Source: Felis catus
Taxonomy: Eukaryota
Length of the DNA: 64,000 nt
Assembly (NCBI RefSeq): GCF_018350175.1
Contig: NC_058368.1
Coordinates: 116,190,001 to 116,254,000, forward strand
Reading direction: 5' to 3'
The position numbers were made by a program, and so were the translations under genes. The notes under the pieces were generated by a model. It saw nothing but the letters and a program-made list of their open reading frames with translations. It was not told the DNA's origin and ran no database searches. Shown here piece after piece: positions 37,660 to 50,700 of the stretch (position 1 is the first letter of the stretch; each line of letters opens with the position of its first letter).

Positions 37660-38790
37660 GAAAAGAAATTAAGAGCTGGTTCTTTGAAAAGATAAACAAA
37701 ATTGATAAACCCTTAGCCAGACTCATCAAAGAAAAAAAGCGAAAGGACCCAAATAAATAAAATCAAAAATAAAAGAGAAGTAACAACTGATGCCACAAAA
37801 ATAGGAAGGATTATAAGAAAGTACTGTGAAAAATTACATGCCAATAAGTTGGGCAATCTACAAAAAATGGATAAATTTCTAAAAACATACAATCTTCAAA
37901 AATTGAATCAGGAAGAAATATAAAATCTGAAGAGACCAATAACTAGTGATAAAATTGAGTGAGTGGGGTGCCTGGGTGGCTCAGTCGGTTAAGCGTCCGA
38001 CTTCAGTTCAGGTCATGATCTCACAGCTTGCGAGTTCAAGCCCCACATCGGGCTTTGTGCTGACAGCTCAGAGCCTGGAGCCTGCTTCGGATTCTGTGTC
38101 TCCCTCTCTCTCTCTGCCCCTCCTCTACTCGTGCTCTGTCTCTCTCTCCTTCAAAAATAAATAAACATTAAAAAAAAATTTTTTTAACTGAATGAGTAAC
38201 AAACAAACAAAAAAAAGTCCAGGACCAGATGGATTCACAGGTGAATTCTACCAAACATTTAAATAAGTTAACATCTATTCTCTTTAGGGTGCCTAGGTGG
38301 ATCAGTCAGTTGAATGTCCAACCCTTGATTTTGGCTCAGGTCATGGTCCCAGGGTTGTAGGATAAAACCTTGCTTAGCATGGAGCCTGCTTGGGATTCTC
38401 TCTCTCCCTCTGCCTCTCTCCCTGGCTCATGCTCTCTCTTTCTCTAATAAACAACAACAACAAAGAACAATAAAAGGGATGAAATTCTAACACGTGCTAC
38501 AACATGGATGAACCATGAGGGCATAATGCTAAATGAAATAGGCCGGTCACAAAAAAGACAAATATTGTATGATCACGCTTATATGAGGGAACTTGAGTAG
38601 CCAAAATCATAAAGACACAAAGTAAGATGGTGGTTTCCAGAGGATGGGGAGAAGGGAAGGAATGGAAAGTTATTGTTTAACAGGTAGTGTACATATTTCA
38701 GTTTTACATGATGAAAGGGCTTCAGGAGATGGATGATGATGGTGGTAGCAGAACATTGTAACCATTTCATACCATTGAACTGTACTGCTC
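37660..38790 (+). mobile_element. L1 ORF2 fragment (about 37660-38280) and old L1 3' end (about 38470-38785), with SINEs
   Basis: aagagctggttctttgaaaagataaacaaaattgataaacc; gtccaggaccagatggattcacaggtgaattctaccaaac. Confidence 0.75.
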
Positions 38791-39865
38791 TGTCTCTCTC
38801 TGTCCCAAAAATAAATAAAAAACATTGAAAAAAAAATTTTTTTAAAAGAATGCATCCTTAATGTCTGGCATGTCTTAGGCTATAGAAATGTCCTTACACA
38901 TGGCTTCATAATCAATTCTACCAAAGCCCTCTGAAGTTCACGGGTTCCAGATCAGTTTTTATGTTAATTCTTGACACCACTTGAGAGCAGCAAATCCAGG
39001 AAAAAAATAAAACTTTCCCTGGGCATAAAGTTGGCAGAATGTGATATATATTTATGGACTGGGAGCCACTGTAATGTATTTCTCCCTTTCATTTGGGTCT
39101 TCAAAATAAATTATTTCCTTTCTCTCTCTGGAACTTCTAAAATGGCAGGAAGAGACTATAAAAGTCCTGAAGTGTTTCCAGTCATTAGACACTTACCACA
39201 GAATAGCCATGATGTGCTGACTTCTGTTATTTTTCACAGAGCAAATAGACTTCATGCTGACGGCTTCACAAGTACATGGACTCTTTCCATAGTACTCCTT
39301 CCAAGATTTAATCAATCCACAGTTGAGGAACTTAAAAAGGTGATTTATAATCCTTCAGCCTTGTTTATGCATGCTCAATACACTTATTTATTCATTCAAC
39401 AAATATTTGTTAAATATCTGTTAGACACTGATCTAGGCCTTTGGAGTATAGCAATAACAGGAGACAAACTCCCTGGTTGGAGAATTGGCAGCAAGGTGTG
39501 GGAAGGGGGTGCACATGAAAGCCCTTTGCAAGCTACAGTCAGGGGTTAGACTATTATTCTGAGTGTGATTGGAAGGCACAGAATGAATTCAAAGAGGGTA
39601 TTGATCTGATATGAAGAGACTGATGTGATCCCATTTGAAAGAGGTCATTGTAGGTGTTAGGTGGTGAATGGATTGGAAGAAACAAGAATTAAAACAAAGA
39701 GCCAATTAGGAGACTATTGAAGTGGTATGAGGCTGATGATGGTAGTCTGGGTGAGGATGATAGCAACGGAGGTAGAAGTAGATAGATTTAAGTAGAGGTT
39801 ACTGAATTTGATGAAGGAATGGATTGGGATCAGGGTAGAAGCAATGAAAGAAAGAGAGGAACCAG

Positions 39866-41378
39866 GGGCACCCGGGTAGCTCAGTCAGTTAAGCGTCCAA
39901 CTCTTGGTTTGGGCTCAGGTCATGATCTTGAGTTTTGTGGGGTCAAGCCCTACATTGGACTCTGTGCTGGCAGCATGGAGCCTACTTAAGATTCTCTCTC
40001 CCTCTCCCTCTCTCTCTGTCCCTTCCTGACTCTCTCTCTCAAAAATAAGTAAATAAATAAACAAACAAACAAATAAGCAAATAGACAAACTAAAAAAAAA
40101 AAAGAAACAAAGGGAGGAACCAAAGATCATTACTCTACTACATGATTCCATGCATGTGAAATTCTAGAATATGCAAACAAACAAGATCAGTAGTTACCAG
40201 ACAGAAATGAGGATGAAGGGAACTGGGAAGAAGATAGAAGAAAGGGATAACAAAGGAGCATTACATAACTTTTTCAGTGATGGATATGTTTACTATTGTG
40301 ATTGTGGAGACAGTTTCCTGGCTGGAAACTTATCGAATTGTACTTTTTTTTTAATTTTTTTTTAATGTTTTTATTTATTTTTGAGAGAGAGACAGAGTAA
40401 GCAGGGGAGGGGCAGAGAGAGAGGGAGACACAGAATCTGAAGCAGGCTCCAGGCTCTGAGCTGTCAGCACAGAGCCTGATGCGGAGCTCGAACTCACACA
40501 CTGCGAGATCATGACCTGAGCCGAAGTCGGCCGCCCAACCGACTGAGCCACCCAGGCGCCCCTCGAATTGTACATTTTAACATATTCAGTTTATTGCATG
40601 TCAATCATACCTCAAGAAAGCTGATTTATTTATTTGTTTGTTTATTGTGGGTGTATGGGGTTTTAAAGCTTTTTTAAACTTTATTTATTTTTAAATGTTT
40701 ATTTATTTTTGAAAGAGAGAGCGAGAGCATGTAGGCTCAAGCAGGGGAGGGGCAGAGAGAGAGAGAGGATGGCAGAGGATGCTAAGCAGGCCCCGTGCTG
40801 ACAGCAGAGAGCCCAATGTGGGGCTTAAACTCACAAATCATGAGATCATGACCTAAGCAGAAGTTGGACATTTAACCAACTGAGCCACCCAGGTGCCCCA
40901 AATGTATACTTATTTTTGAGAGAGAGACAGAGAGCAGAAGAGGAGGAGGAGAGAGAGGGAGACAGAGGATCTGAAGCTGGCTCTACACTGACAGCAGAGA
41001 ACCCAGTGGGGGCTCAAACTCACAAACTGCAAGATCATGACCTCAGTGGAAGTCAGACCCTTAAGCTACTGAGCCACCCAGGTGCCCCAAGAAAGCTTGT
41101 TTTAAAAGGAAAATAAAGGCTGCTAGGTTTTTGACCTGAGCAAACTAGTTGAATGGTAATGTCTTTTACTGAAAAGAGAAAATTAATTCTTTCTTTTAAG
41201 TATTTATTTATTTTGAGAGAGAGAGAGAGGGAGAGGCAGAGGGAGAGGGAGAGAGAATCTCAAGCAGACTGCGCCACCAGTGTGCAGAACTGTGCAGATC
41301 TCTCACAAACAGTGAGATCATGACCTCAGCCAAAATCAAGAGTCAGACATTTAGCTGACTGAGCCACGCAGGCACCCC
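39866..41378. mobile_element. Intergenic cluster of about 5 CAN-SINEs
   Basis: Plus copy about 39866-40100; minus copies about 40345-40562, 40690-40899, 40910-41088, 41195-41378. Confidence 0.85.
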
Positions 41379-42961
41379 AGGAAAAATTAACTCTTAGGAT
41401 ATAGCCTGCATGCAGTCTCAAAGCCTCTGCATAGAAATAATAAGAATAATGCCTCCCCTTTGTGAATAGACTACATTAGTTACAGTAAGTTAAAGTATAG
41501 GTTTAAGTGCTGTAACAGAGATTTCAAATGGCTAAAATAAGATAGAAGCTTATTTCTCCCTGTCACAAGCATCCATACAGAAGCAGTATAGGGTAAGTAT
41601 GTGAATTCCACAAGGCCAGAGTTCCCAGGCTCCTTCTATCTTATCCATATGATCCAAGATGACTCATCACCGCCATGTCCACAGCCTAGCTAGAAGGAAG
41701 GGGAAAACAAAGGAGGAGGCTCACTCCTCTTTAAAGGCAGGTCCTCGACGTTATAGATGTGGTTCTGTTCATATCACATTCACCCAAACAGAATCACACA
41801 GCCATTCCTGGCCTTAAGAGAGTCTGGGAAATGTAGTTATTGTTATGGGCAACTATGTGTCCAGTTGAATACCAGGGATTCTATTATTACAAAAGGAAAA
41901 TAGAAGACAAATATTGGAAGGGTGGGAATTAGGAGTTTCTGATACCAGAGTTTTTCATCTTTACAAGGCCAGATCCTATTCGTCAGGTTATTTGATCTTT
42001 GCAACTTTGTAAGATAGATAGATCCCCAAGGGTTCGTTCAATTTGAGAAGAAGTTTAGCACTTTCAAAACATTTGCTAGCTATAAGTGAGATCTATAAGA
42101 TCTAAGGAAAATTATTTACTTCACAGAGCTTAATTAGAGATAATAGTACTTGTGAGTTGTCATGTGAATTAAATGAGATTATGCATGCAAAATTTCTGGT
42201 ATATAGTTGTACCTAATTAACATTAGCTATTATTATGTGTCAAGTTTTGCAAAACTACAGAGAAATAAAAGGGCAGTTCATAGTACAGTGGGGGTCACAG
42301 GTAGAGAGTTATAAAAGAATATGAAAATTCCACTGCAGAAGAAGTGACTCCAGGAGCTGGAGAAACAGAGAACGGCCTCCTAACCCAGGAGTCTTATAGG
42401 TTGGAGGCTTTGTTGGTTGCTGGAGGGAGGGATAGGCCAATTAGGTGAAGGAGATTAAGATGTACAAACTTCCGGGGTGCCTGGGTGGCTCAGTCGGTTA
42501 AGCGTCCGACTCTTGGTTTCGTCTCAGGTCATGATCTCACGGTTTGTGAGTTCAAGCCCCACACTGGGCTCCACGCTGACAGCACGGAGCCTGTCTGGGA
42601 TTCTCCCTCTCTCTCTGCCCCTCCTCTACTCTGTGTGTCTCTCAAAATAAATAAACTTAAAAAAAAGAAAAGATGTACAAACTTCCAGTTATAAAGTAAA
42701 TGATTCACAGAGGTCCCTGGGTGGCTCAGTCGGTTAAATGCCCAACTTTGGCTTAGGTCATGATCTCATGGTTCATGACTCCGAGCCCTGCATTAGGCTC
42801 TCTGCTGTCAGCACAGAGCCTTCTTTCAGATTCTCTTTCATTCTCTATCTGCCCCTTCCCCGCTGTGCACACGCACAATCTCTTTCTCTCTCCAAAATAA
42901 ATAAACATTAAAATAAATAAATACATGATTCACAGTGATGAAAACCAAAACATAAAATAAA

Positions 42962-42990
42962 ATATATATATAAACGCATATATATATATA

Positions 42991-43055
<65 letters not shown>
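42962..43055 (+). repeat. Compound (TA)n(GA)n microsatellite
   Basis: Read directly from the sequence. Confidence 0.95.
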
Positions 43056-43058
<3 letters not shown>

Positions 43059-43399
43059 TTTCTGCCAAAAAAGGAAGAAGGATTAGGCCTAATATTCCTA
43101 GAAGAGACAACGATACCAAGGTTAGAGCCTGGTGTCTTCAGGGAAATATGAGTTTTTTGGTGTAGCTGGAGTGTGAAAATGTGTTAACTATGAAGAAAGG
43201 GCCAGAGAGATCGATGAGGGCCAATGGAAGAGGCCCTTCCAAGTCAAGCTCAAGAGCTTGGATTCTATCTTCTGGTCACTGAGTTCCGTGGAGTATTATA
43301 AGCAGGGTATTTATACTCCAGAAGATTACCATGGCTACTTCATGTGGAGTGATTCCCAGAAGGCAGAAGATGCAAAGCTAGATCACAACTGAAGCAGCC

Positions 43400-44190
43400 C
43401 AAATATCCACCCACTCATGAATGGATAAAGAAGATGTGGTATATACACATGTATATTACATGTACAATAGAATACTACTTGGCCATCCAAAAGAATGGAA
43501 TCTTGCCATTTGCAACAATGTAGATGGAGCTAGAGCATATTATACTATGTGAGATAAATCAGGCAGAGAAAGATTAATGTCAGATGATTTCACTCATATG
43601 TGGAATTTTTTTCATGTTCGTTCATTCTTCAGAGACAGAGAGAGACAGAGAGACAGAGCACAAGCAGGAGATGGGCAGAGAGAAAGACACAGAATCTGAA
43701 GCAGGCTGCAGACTCTGAGCTGTCAGCACAGAGCCCAACTCAGGGCCTGAACCCATGAACCATGAGATCATGACCCGAGCTGAAGTCAGATGCTTAACTG
43801 ATTGAGCCACCCAGGCACCCCATAGAATCTAAAAAACACAACAGATCAGCATAGGGGAAGGGAAGGAAAAATAAGAGAAAAACAGAGAGGAAGGCAAACC
43901 ATAAAAGACTCTTAAATATGGAAAACAGACTGGGGGTTGCTAGAAGGGAGGCAGGTGCGGGGTGGGCTAGATGGGTGATGGGCATTAAGGAAGGCACTTG
44001 TTGGGATGAGCACTGGGTGTTACACGTAAGTGATGAATCACTGCGTTCTACTCCTGAAACCAATACTACACTGTATGTTAACTAACTTGAATTAACTTGA
44101 ATTAAAAATAAAATTAAATAAAGTAAAATAAAATTAAGTAAAAGTAAGGTAAAAGAAAAGAACTAAAGCAGAAAAAAAAAAAAAAAAAAA
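43400..44190 (+). mobile_element. Felid/carnivore L1 3' end interrupted by a minus-strand SINE (about 43610-43822)
   Basis: Closely resembles 14880-15450; A-rich tail; aactgaagcagcc on both sides is a likely TSD. Confidence 0.8.
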
Positions 44191-44619
44191 AAGAACTGAA
44201 GCAGCCATCCACATCTAGCCAAGGGGTCACAACTAAGTGGAAGAAAAGAGCCTTAGAGTTCATCTGGTCTTCAAAATTTCTGTCCTGTCTTGAGCAAGTT
44301 CTCTCCTAACTCTGCCTTATCACAACTCGTTTGTATCAAATTATTGGAGAAATATCTTCTTTAAACAAACTCTTTTTTTTTCTTTTTTAAAAAAGGTGTT
44401 TACATTTATTTTTGAGAGAGAGAGAGTACAAGCAGGGGAGGGGCAGAGAGAAAGGAGGACAGAGGATCCGAAGTGGGCTCTGCACTGACAGCAGAGAGCC
44501 TGACGTGGGGCTCAAACTCAGGAACTATGAGATCATGACCTGAGCTGAAGTTGGATGCTTTACTGACTGAGCCACCCAGGTGCCCAGAGAAACCTCTTCT
44601 TTGATAACATTTCTATATA

Positions 44620-44730
44620 AGGGTGACCAACCATCATGGTTTACCCAAGACTGTACCAGTTTTTATGGTAAAAGTCCTCTGTTCTGGGAAACCCCTCAAT
44701 CCTGGGGTAGCCAGGATATTGGTAGCCCAA
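44620..44730. mobile_element. MER94-like (hAT-Blackjack) remnant
   Basis: agggtgaccaaccatc...gactgt.ccagtttt...gggaaacccctca.tcc...ggtagccc. Confidence 0.5.
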
Positions 44731-47700
44731 CCTTCAGAGGTTTATGGAGAGGCAGTGTGGTATAATGGTTAAAAGCAAATTCTGGAATTGCCTGGATTCA
44801 ATTCCAAGCCCCATCTTGTATCAGGTACAGGATTTTGAGCAGGTTACTTGCTGTAGCCCAGTTTCCCCACATGAAAAACAGGAGGATGCAGTATAGTATT
44901 TACATCACAGGGACATCGTGAGGATTACATAATATATACTGAGTATTTAGAATGGTGGTGGGAACATTCTATTTGTTATAAGCATTCTGAAATTTCAGCG
45001 GTTATAAACCTACCACCTTCTAGTTTATTTCACTTCTGTCCCACACATCCCCTTGCTCTGTCATCCTTTCTTGGATGCCTCCAGACCCTTCACTTCAACC
45101 TCACAGTCATCCAACCTAAGGGTGGTGAGAAAAAGTAGTTCTGTGACACTGGAGACACTCTGGTCTATGGGTAACCTCTGAGAGTATTAAATTGAATTAA
45201 AAATAATTGAAGCCTTTTAAGACTCTCTTCCAAGCGAGGCTACCTCCTGATATCCCCAAGAATGGGTAAATCTCACCTATTACCTTTGAAAATGAATTCT
45301 GCACAGCAGTCTGCCTAGGAGTAGGATGGGATTGGGTAGGGCATCTGTAAGGCTCACGTGGTAGTTCTGTGAGGGCCTCAGGAACAGGGACGGGGGGGGG
45401 GGGGATCCTTCCCAAGTGACACGTTTGCCAAGAAACTCTGAGGTAGCTCTTCTAGCTGACAAAGTAAGGTTTGAAAGGGGACCTTTCTAGGAGAGGAAGG
45501 GGAGCCTTAGCTGTGCCTACTAAGTGACACAGTCTTTGGAAATTCTGCAAGGAGAGGAAGTGAGTCGTTGTCATCATAAGCAGGAACTGGTGGTGGCTTT
45601 TCCCAGGCACTTTGCCACATCTGATTCAGTCTGTTTACAAAAAGTCCAAAGAAAGGGAGTATTTTCAGTCAATCTGATTATTTAAACCTGTGTAAGAGAT
45701 GAGGCTGGGTAACAGAGCATAACAAAATCTGGGTTATTTATCCCACAGCTCACCAGAGAAAGTGAGGGTGTGGGGACTGCCAAAGGTCAAAGCCAAGGAC
45801 AGGAGACTCTGACGAAGAATAGAAAAGGAATAAAACCAGAAATCAAAGCCTAGTGGAGAATCCATGTCTCCATTACCCTGGCTCACCCCAAGCGGAAAAA
45901 GTTCACGGTCTGTTAGAACAGGAAGAGGAATACAATGGGGTTGGGTCAAAATCTGGACAAAACTCTACATGCATTTTATAAATAGGCACCAAAAAGTACC
46001 AGCACAGAGAAATGTTTTTCCACCCTCAGAGCTGTACCTAAGACAAGGTGACTAAAGCTTTACCCCAGAACACTCACACATAGAAGCTCCAAAGTTGTAG
46101 AGGTTTCTTAAGTTTTTATTTATTTTAAGTAATCTCTACACCCAACGTGGGGCTCAAACTCACAACTCTAATATCAAGAGTTGCATGTTCTTCTGACTGA
46201 GCCAGCCAGGTACCCCTCCAAAAGTTTCTAAATAAAGATTTCTTTTAATTGTGAGAAGCTAGAAAATTTAATCTTTTTTTTTTCTTTTACATATTAGAAG
46301 ACCATAAATGAGTATAGCACCTGGTAAGCAAGAAACTTAGTTGAAATAGGAAACCCCACATCTTCCACCTTGTTACTAAGTCTCATAAATATCCACAAGC
46401 AACTCCAGGCTCACATTTAGGTTATCTTTCAGGGTGAAAAGAGACAATGCTTTTTTCTTTCATAGCTCCAGAAAGAGTCCTAGGGTTGGACTTCTCTGTT
46501 TCTTGCTGGCCAGCTTGAGTAATGTGTCCATCTTTAAAACAATCACAATAGCTAGAGGTATGGAATGCTCTGATTGGTCAGGTATAAGCCATTCCTGGAA
46601 GGTTAGGGGTATCACCCTCACCCCAAAAAAACACATCGACTGAGGGTGAGCACAGTGTCTTCTTTACAAAAGAGTAAAGTATAACTATGAAAGGAAAAGC
46701 AATGGGTACCACAAGGAGAAAAAAAAATAGTTGTCTGCCCTTTCAATCTTCTCTCCTAATGAATAGGTCAATTCCATTTCAATGGGTACATAAGTTTCAT
46801 GATTGTGAAGTTCTTCCCCAGATAATGATTGCCAGGGACCTCAAGAAAACAGTCTTGCTTTGCACTGGAGTCCTTGGATCCATTGGATGAGAAGAGTACC
46901 GTCCAAGGGGACTGGATCTAAGACTTAATGTTGCTTAGCTTTTCTAACTCAGAGAAACTAAGACTGTCTCTCTGTTTCATTGAAGGCCAAATGGAGCAGT
47001 TGATAGGGACGCAGAAGTTACCACTTCCTTTTGTCCCCTCAGCTAAGGTCAAATGCCTCAGCCTGGGTTTGGGAAGATGGCAAAGTGGGTTGGTTCTAGG
47101 TGAGCAGCCTCTGTGACCTCACAGGTCTTTGCCTTTCTAACCACAGTGATTAGTGGAATACATAAGTGGTACCACCAGGAGTACTTATCCTGGAATCCTG
47201 GAATCTGAAGGCAGAAAGCCACACAGAAACAGGGAGCAAGCTTTCCAAAGGTCCCTATTAATCCATCCATTCATCACACATCTCCATTGTGCTCTGCCAT
47301 CGGAAATGGATCCTGTGTAAAACTTCCTGGAAAGAATCCTAGACTCAAAAAGCTGGAAGGGATCTGTGAGTTCTTCTAGTCTACCACCTCACTTTACAGT
47401 TGAGGAAAAGGAGTCTCACAAAGGAGAAGTGACTAGCCAAGGACATAGAAAATTGGTGTCCAAGCTAATACTGGAGCCCAGAAGTCTTAGAATCCCTTCC
47501 AGAGTTCCTTCCATTCTTCCCTGTGGCCTTTGTTGGGTAGATTCCAGCAAGACTATTGAGTTTCGAACAGAAGGCTCCATTTGTCTTGGGAATATAGGAC
47601 TCTTTTTTCCAGCCACATACCTTCAACAGCACTTAAACATGCAGATCTTGAAACTTGCATTGATCTTGAAAAGATCTATCCCAGAGCTCAGAGATAAGAT

Positions 47701-50700
47701 AGAAAAAGCTCAAGAGCTATGCCCTCGAAGCAGGATGAACCTGGTGTTCTTTCAGACATACACTATGCCCTGGGAATTCTGTGTACTCCATAAACACACT
47801 AAGATGTCTAGGGTATCCTTGGCAGTGTGTGCCAAGTGTTGTGACTGTGAGGTGTTTTGTCTGGATCCGGATCAGCATCTCGTCCCCCTCAAAAAGTTAA
47901 GAAACACCACACTAAAAGTGATCTTCCAAATGTGGCTCGTCGTTAGAATTGCCTAAGAAGCTTTAGAAGCACTGATACCTGGGCCCCTCCTCCTAGAGTG
48001 GCGGACTCAGAGGATCTGTGCTGGGACACAAAGAATATGCATCTTTTAGAAGCTCACCAGGCTTAGTAGCTGTACCTCTAGAAGAAAATATTAATGGAAA
48101 TGCTTTCCTGGAACTGAGGAGGAAAAACTATCTGTGGATTTATCACTTCAAAGCCATTCTAATGTAAATGCCGCAGATGTTTAGGACAAAGAAAAATTAG
48201 AATTCCTGGAAAGAAGGGAGATCTGGAACTCAAGAAGCCATGGAGAAAACGGAATTCAAAAGGCCAAGATCCTGTTATATTGCATTGTCACCACAACTTA
48301 CACCTCAGGAAATCAGCTCTTAGCCCAGACTTTGCCTCCCTGACTCTACCCTCCAGGGATTGTCAGATTCTGTGAATCCCCAGTGCTCAAGTCAGTAAAG
48401 CGTTAGTGCAAATCCGTCACTTCTTGGCATTTTTATAGTTTCTGAACAAAAAAGCTATGTACACTTTTTTTCATTGATGCGTGAAATAAATATTTCAATG
48501 CCTACAGGGTGGTGGGTTCTATTCTAACAGTGAACAAACTAGACACCTCCCAGTCCTCGGGATCTTCAGTTTGGAACGGGTGTGGGATTCATTTCACAGA
48601 CTGAGCGCTGGGGTCAAAAAGAGATCTTTCCCTTATTTTAGCAACTCCGTCACACTAGTTTCTCTCCTATTTCTAGAACACACCACACATTTTCTTTCTT
48701 CTAGACCTTCCACTTGCCTGTTCTCTAGCACCTTCTTCCTGGCACTTTGCCGCATCCTCTGCAATGCAACCTGTAGCGGTCCACTTAAATGGGCTTTTCA
48801 TGGACAGGCCTTTGACTCCTCAGTTTAAAGTAGTTTCCCCCTGGGGCACCTCCCTGGCTCAGTCGGACATCCAACTCTTGATTTCGGCTCAGGCCCCAGG
48901 GTCAAAGAATGGAGCCCCACATTGGGCTCTATGCTGAGCAGGAAGCCTACTTAAATGTCTCTCCTCTCTCCTTCTGCCCCTCTCTCCCACTCCCACTCTC
49001 TCTCTAAAGTGAAATAAAATAAAATAAAATTAAAAAATAAAAGTAGTTCACCCCTGTTATCCTCTCTCAGAGCACCTTACATGTTTCCTTCAGGGCATTT
49101 AGCATAGTTTTGTGTGTATTTTTTATTTTTTTTAAGTTTATTTATTTATTTTGAGACAGACAGAGACAGTGCAAGTGGGGAAGGGGCAGAGAGAGAAAGG
49201 AAGACACAATCCCAAGCAAGCTCCACACTCAGAGCCCCACGTGGGGCTCGAACTCATGAAACCTTGAGATCATGACTTGAGCCAAAACCAAATTGGAAGC
49301 TTAACCAACTGAGCCATCCAGGTGCCCCTGGGAAACAGGAACTTTATTTCCAATCCCAGTTGAAACATTATTGAGGCAATGAGATGAGAATCACTAATAA
49401 AGTAAAAAAAAAAAAATCGTCCTCTTTTTTTCAACGACTTTTTTTCAAGTCATTGCAGCAATGACTTGAAATATAATGGTTGCATGTCAGAGAAACTGCT
49501 GAGTGATGCATCCTTAAGGACAGAGACTCGGGAGGTCCCTCAAGGCCATAACAGTCTGGTCGTTGCCTGCCCCTTCTGTCTCATCTTGCAGGTGACTCCC
49601 TCCCTCCCCTCTAGGCTCCAGCCACACTGAGCATCCTTTGTTCCTCCATGCACACTGTTGATGCCTGGCCTTTGTATATGGTCTTCCATCTGCCTGTCAC
49701 TCACTTATCCCATAACTCCAACTTTAAATATTTCTTCCTCAGGAAGACCTCTCTTCACCCCTTGAACCTGGTTAGGTCACTATGCTGTAGGCCACCCTAT
49801 AGAACCTTGTTTTCCCCTTTTCATAGCACTCATTGTAGATATGAGTCTCCAAAATGCCTCCATTCAACTATGGATTTATGCAACAATTATTTCCAGAATT
49901 CCTACTATGTGCAAGGCATTATCCTAGCAGCTGGGGAGGCAGTGATAGGCAAGATAAGCAAGACAAGTCACATACCTTGCTCATAATGTTTAAAAAATTC
50001 TTTTGATGTTTCATTTATTCTTGAGAAGGGGAGGGGCAGCGAGAGGGGGAGACAGAATCTGAAGCAGGCTGCATGCTCTGAGCTGTCAGCACAGAGCCCA
50101 ATGCAGGGCTCGAACCCACGGACTGTGAGATCATGACCTGAGCCAAAGTCAGACGCTTAACCGACTGAGCTACCCAGGCACCGTGCTCATGATGTTTATA
50201 TTCTAGTGAGAGAGACAGACAATAAACAAATAGATGAATTAATACAAGGATTTCTGCCTTACTTATTGCTGAATTTCTGGAACTGGACATTGTACCCAAC
50301 ACATAGCAGATACTCCATAAATGCTTGTTGAGGTGAAGGAAAAGAAGTGAGAGAGAGTGGCAGCTAGGCTCAGGGAAGAGGCAGGAGTGGCCAGTGTCAG
50401 AGCCAACATGATTAACAACCACAGGACCATGTCAGCCTGAAGATCTGCCCAACTTACCAGAGGCACCAACATGGGCTGGAGCCTACCCTCTCCCGTTGGT
50501 CTAGGGAATGTGAGTGTAGGCAGGGGAAGCAGTTGCTAATCTTCACTTCTGTGTGCCCTGTGCCTGTGTAGGCCTGTAAAAATGGGGACAAATGAATGGG
50601 AACAAGCCCCAGACTTGCTAAGTGATCTTATCCACTCCTGTGCTTTCTTGGGCCAGAGACTGGGTAGCTGGTTGCCAAACTCATTTCCTCTTTCTCATGG

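Noticed and set aside
38971..39549. 192-aa ORF
   Set aside because: TTG start, no recognisable domain, runs into L2-like sequence; no splice or promoter support.
47366..47956. 196-aa ORF
   Set aside because: GTG start inside a MIR-like element, ends in a MER5-like remnant; no recognisable protein similarity.
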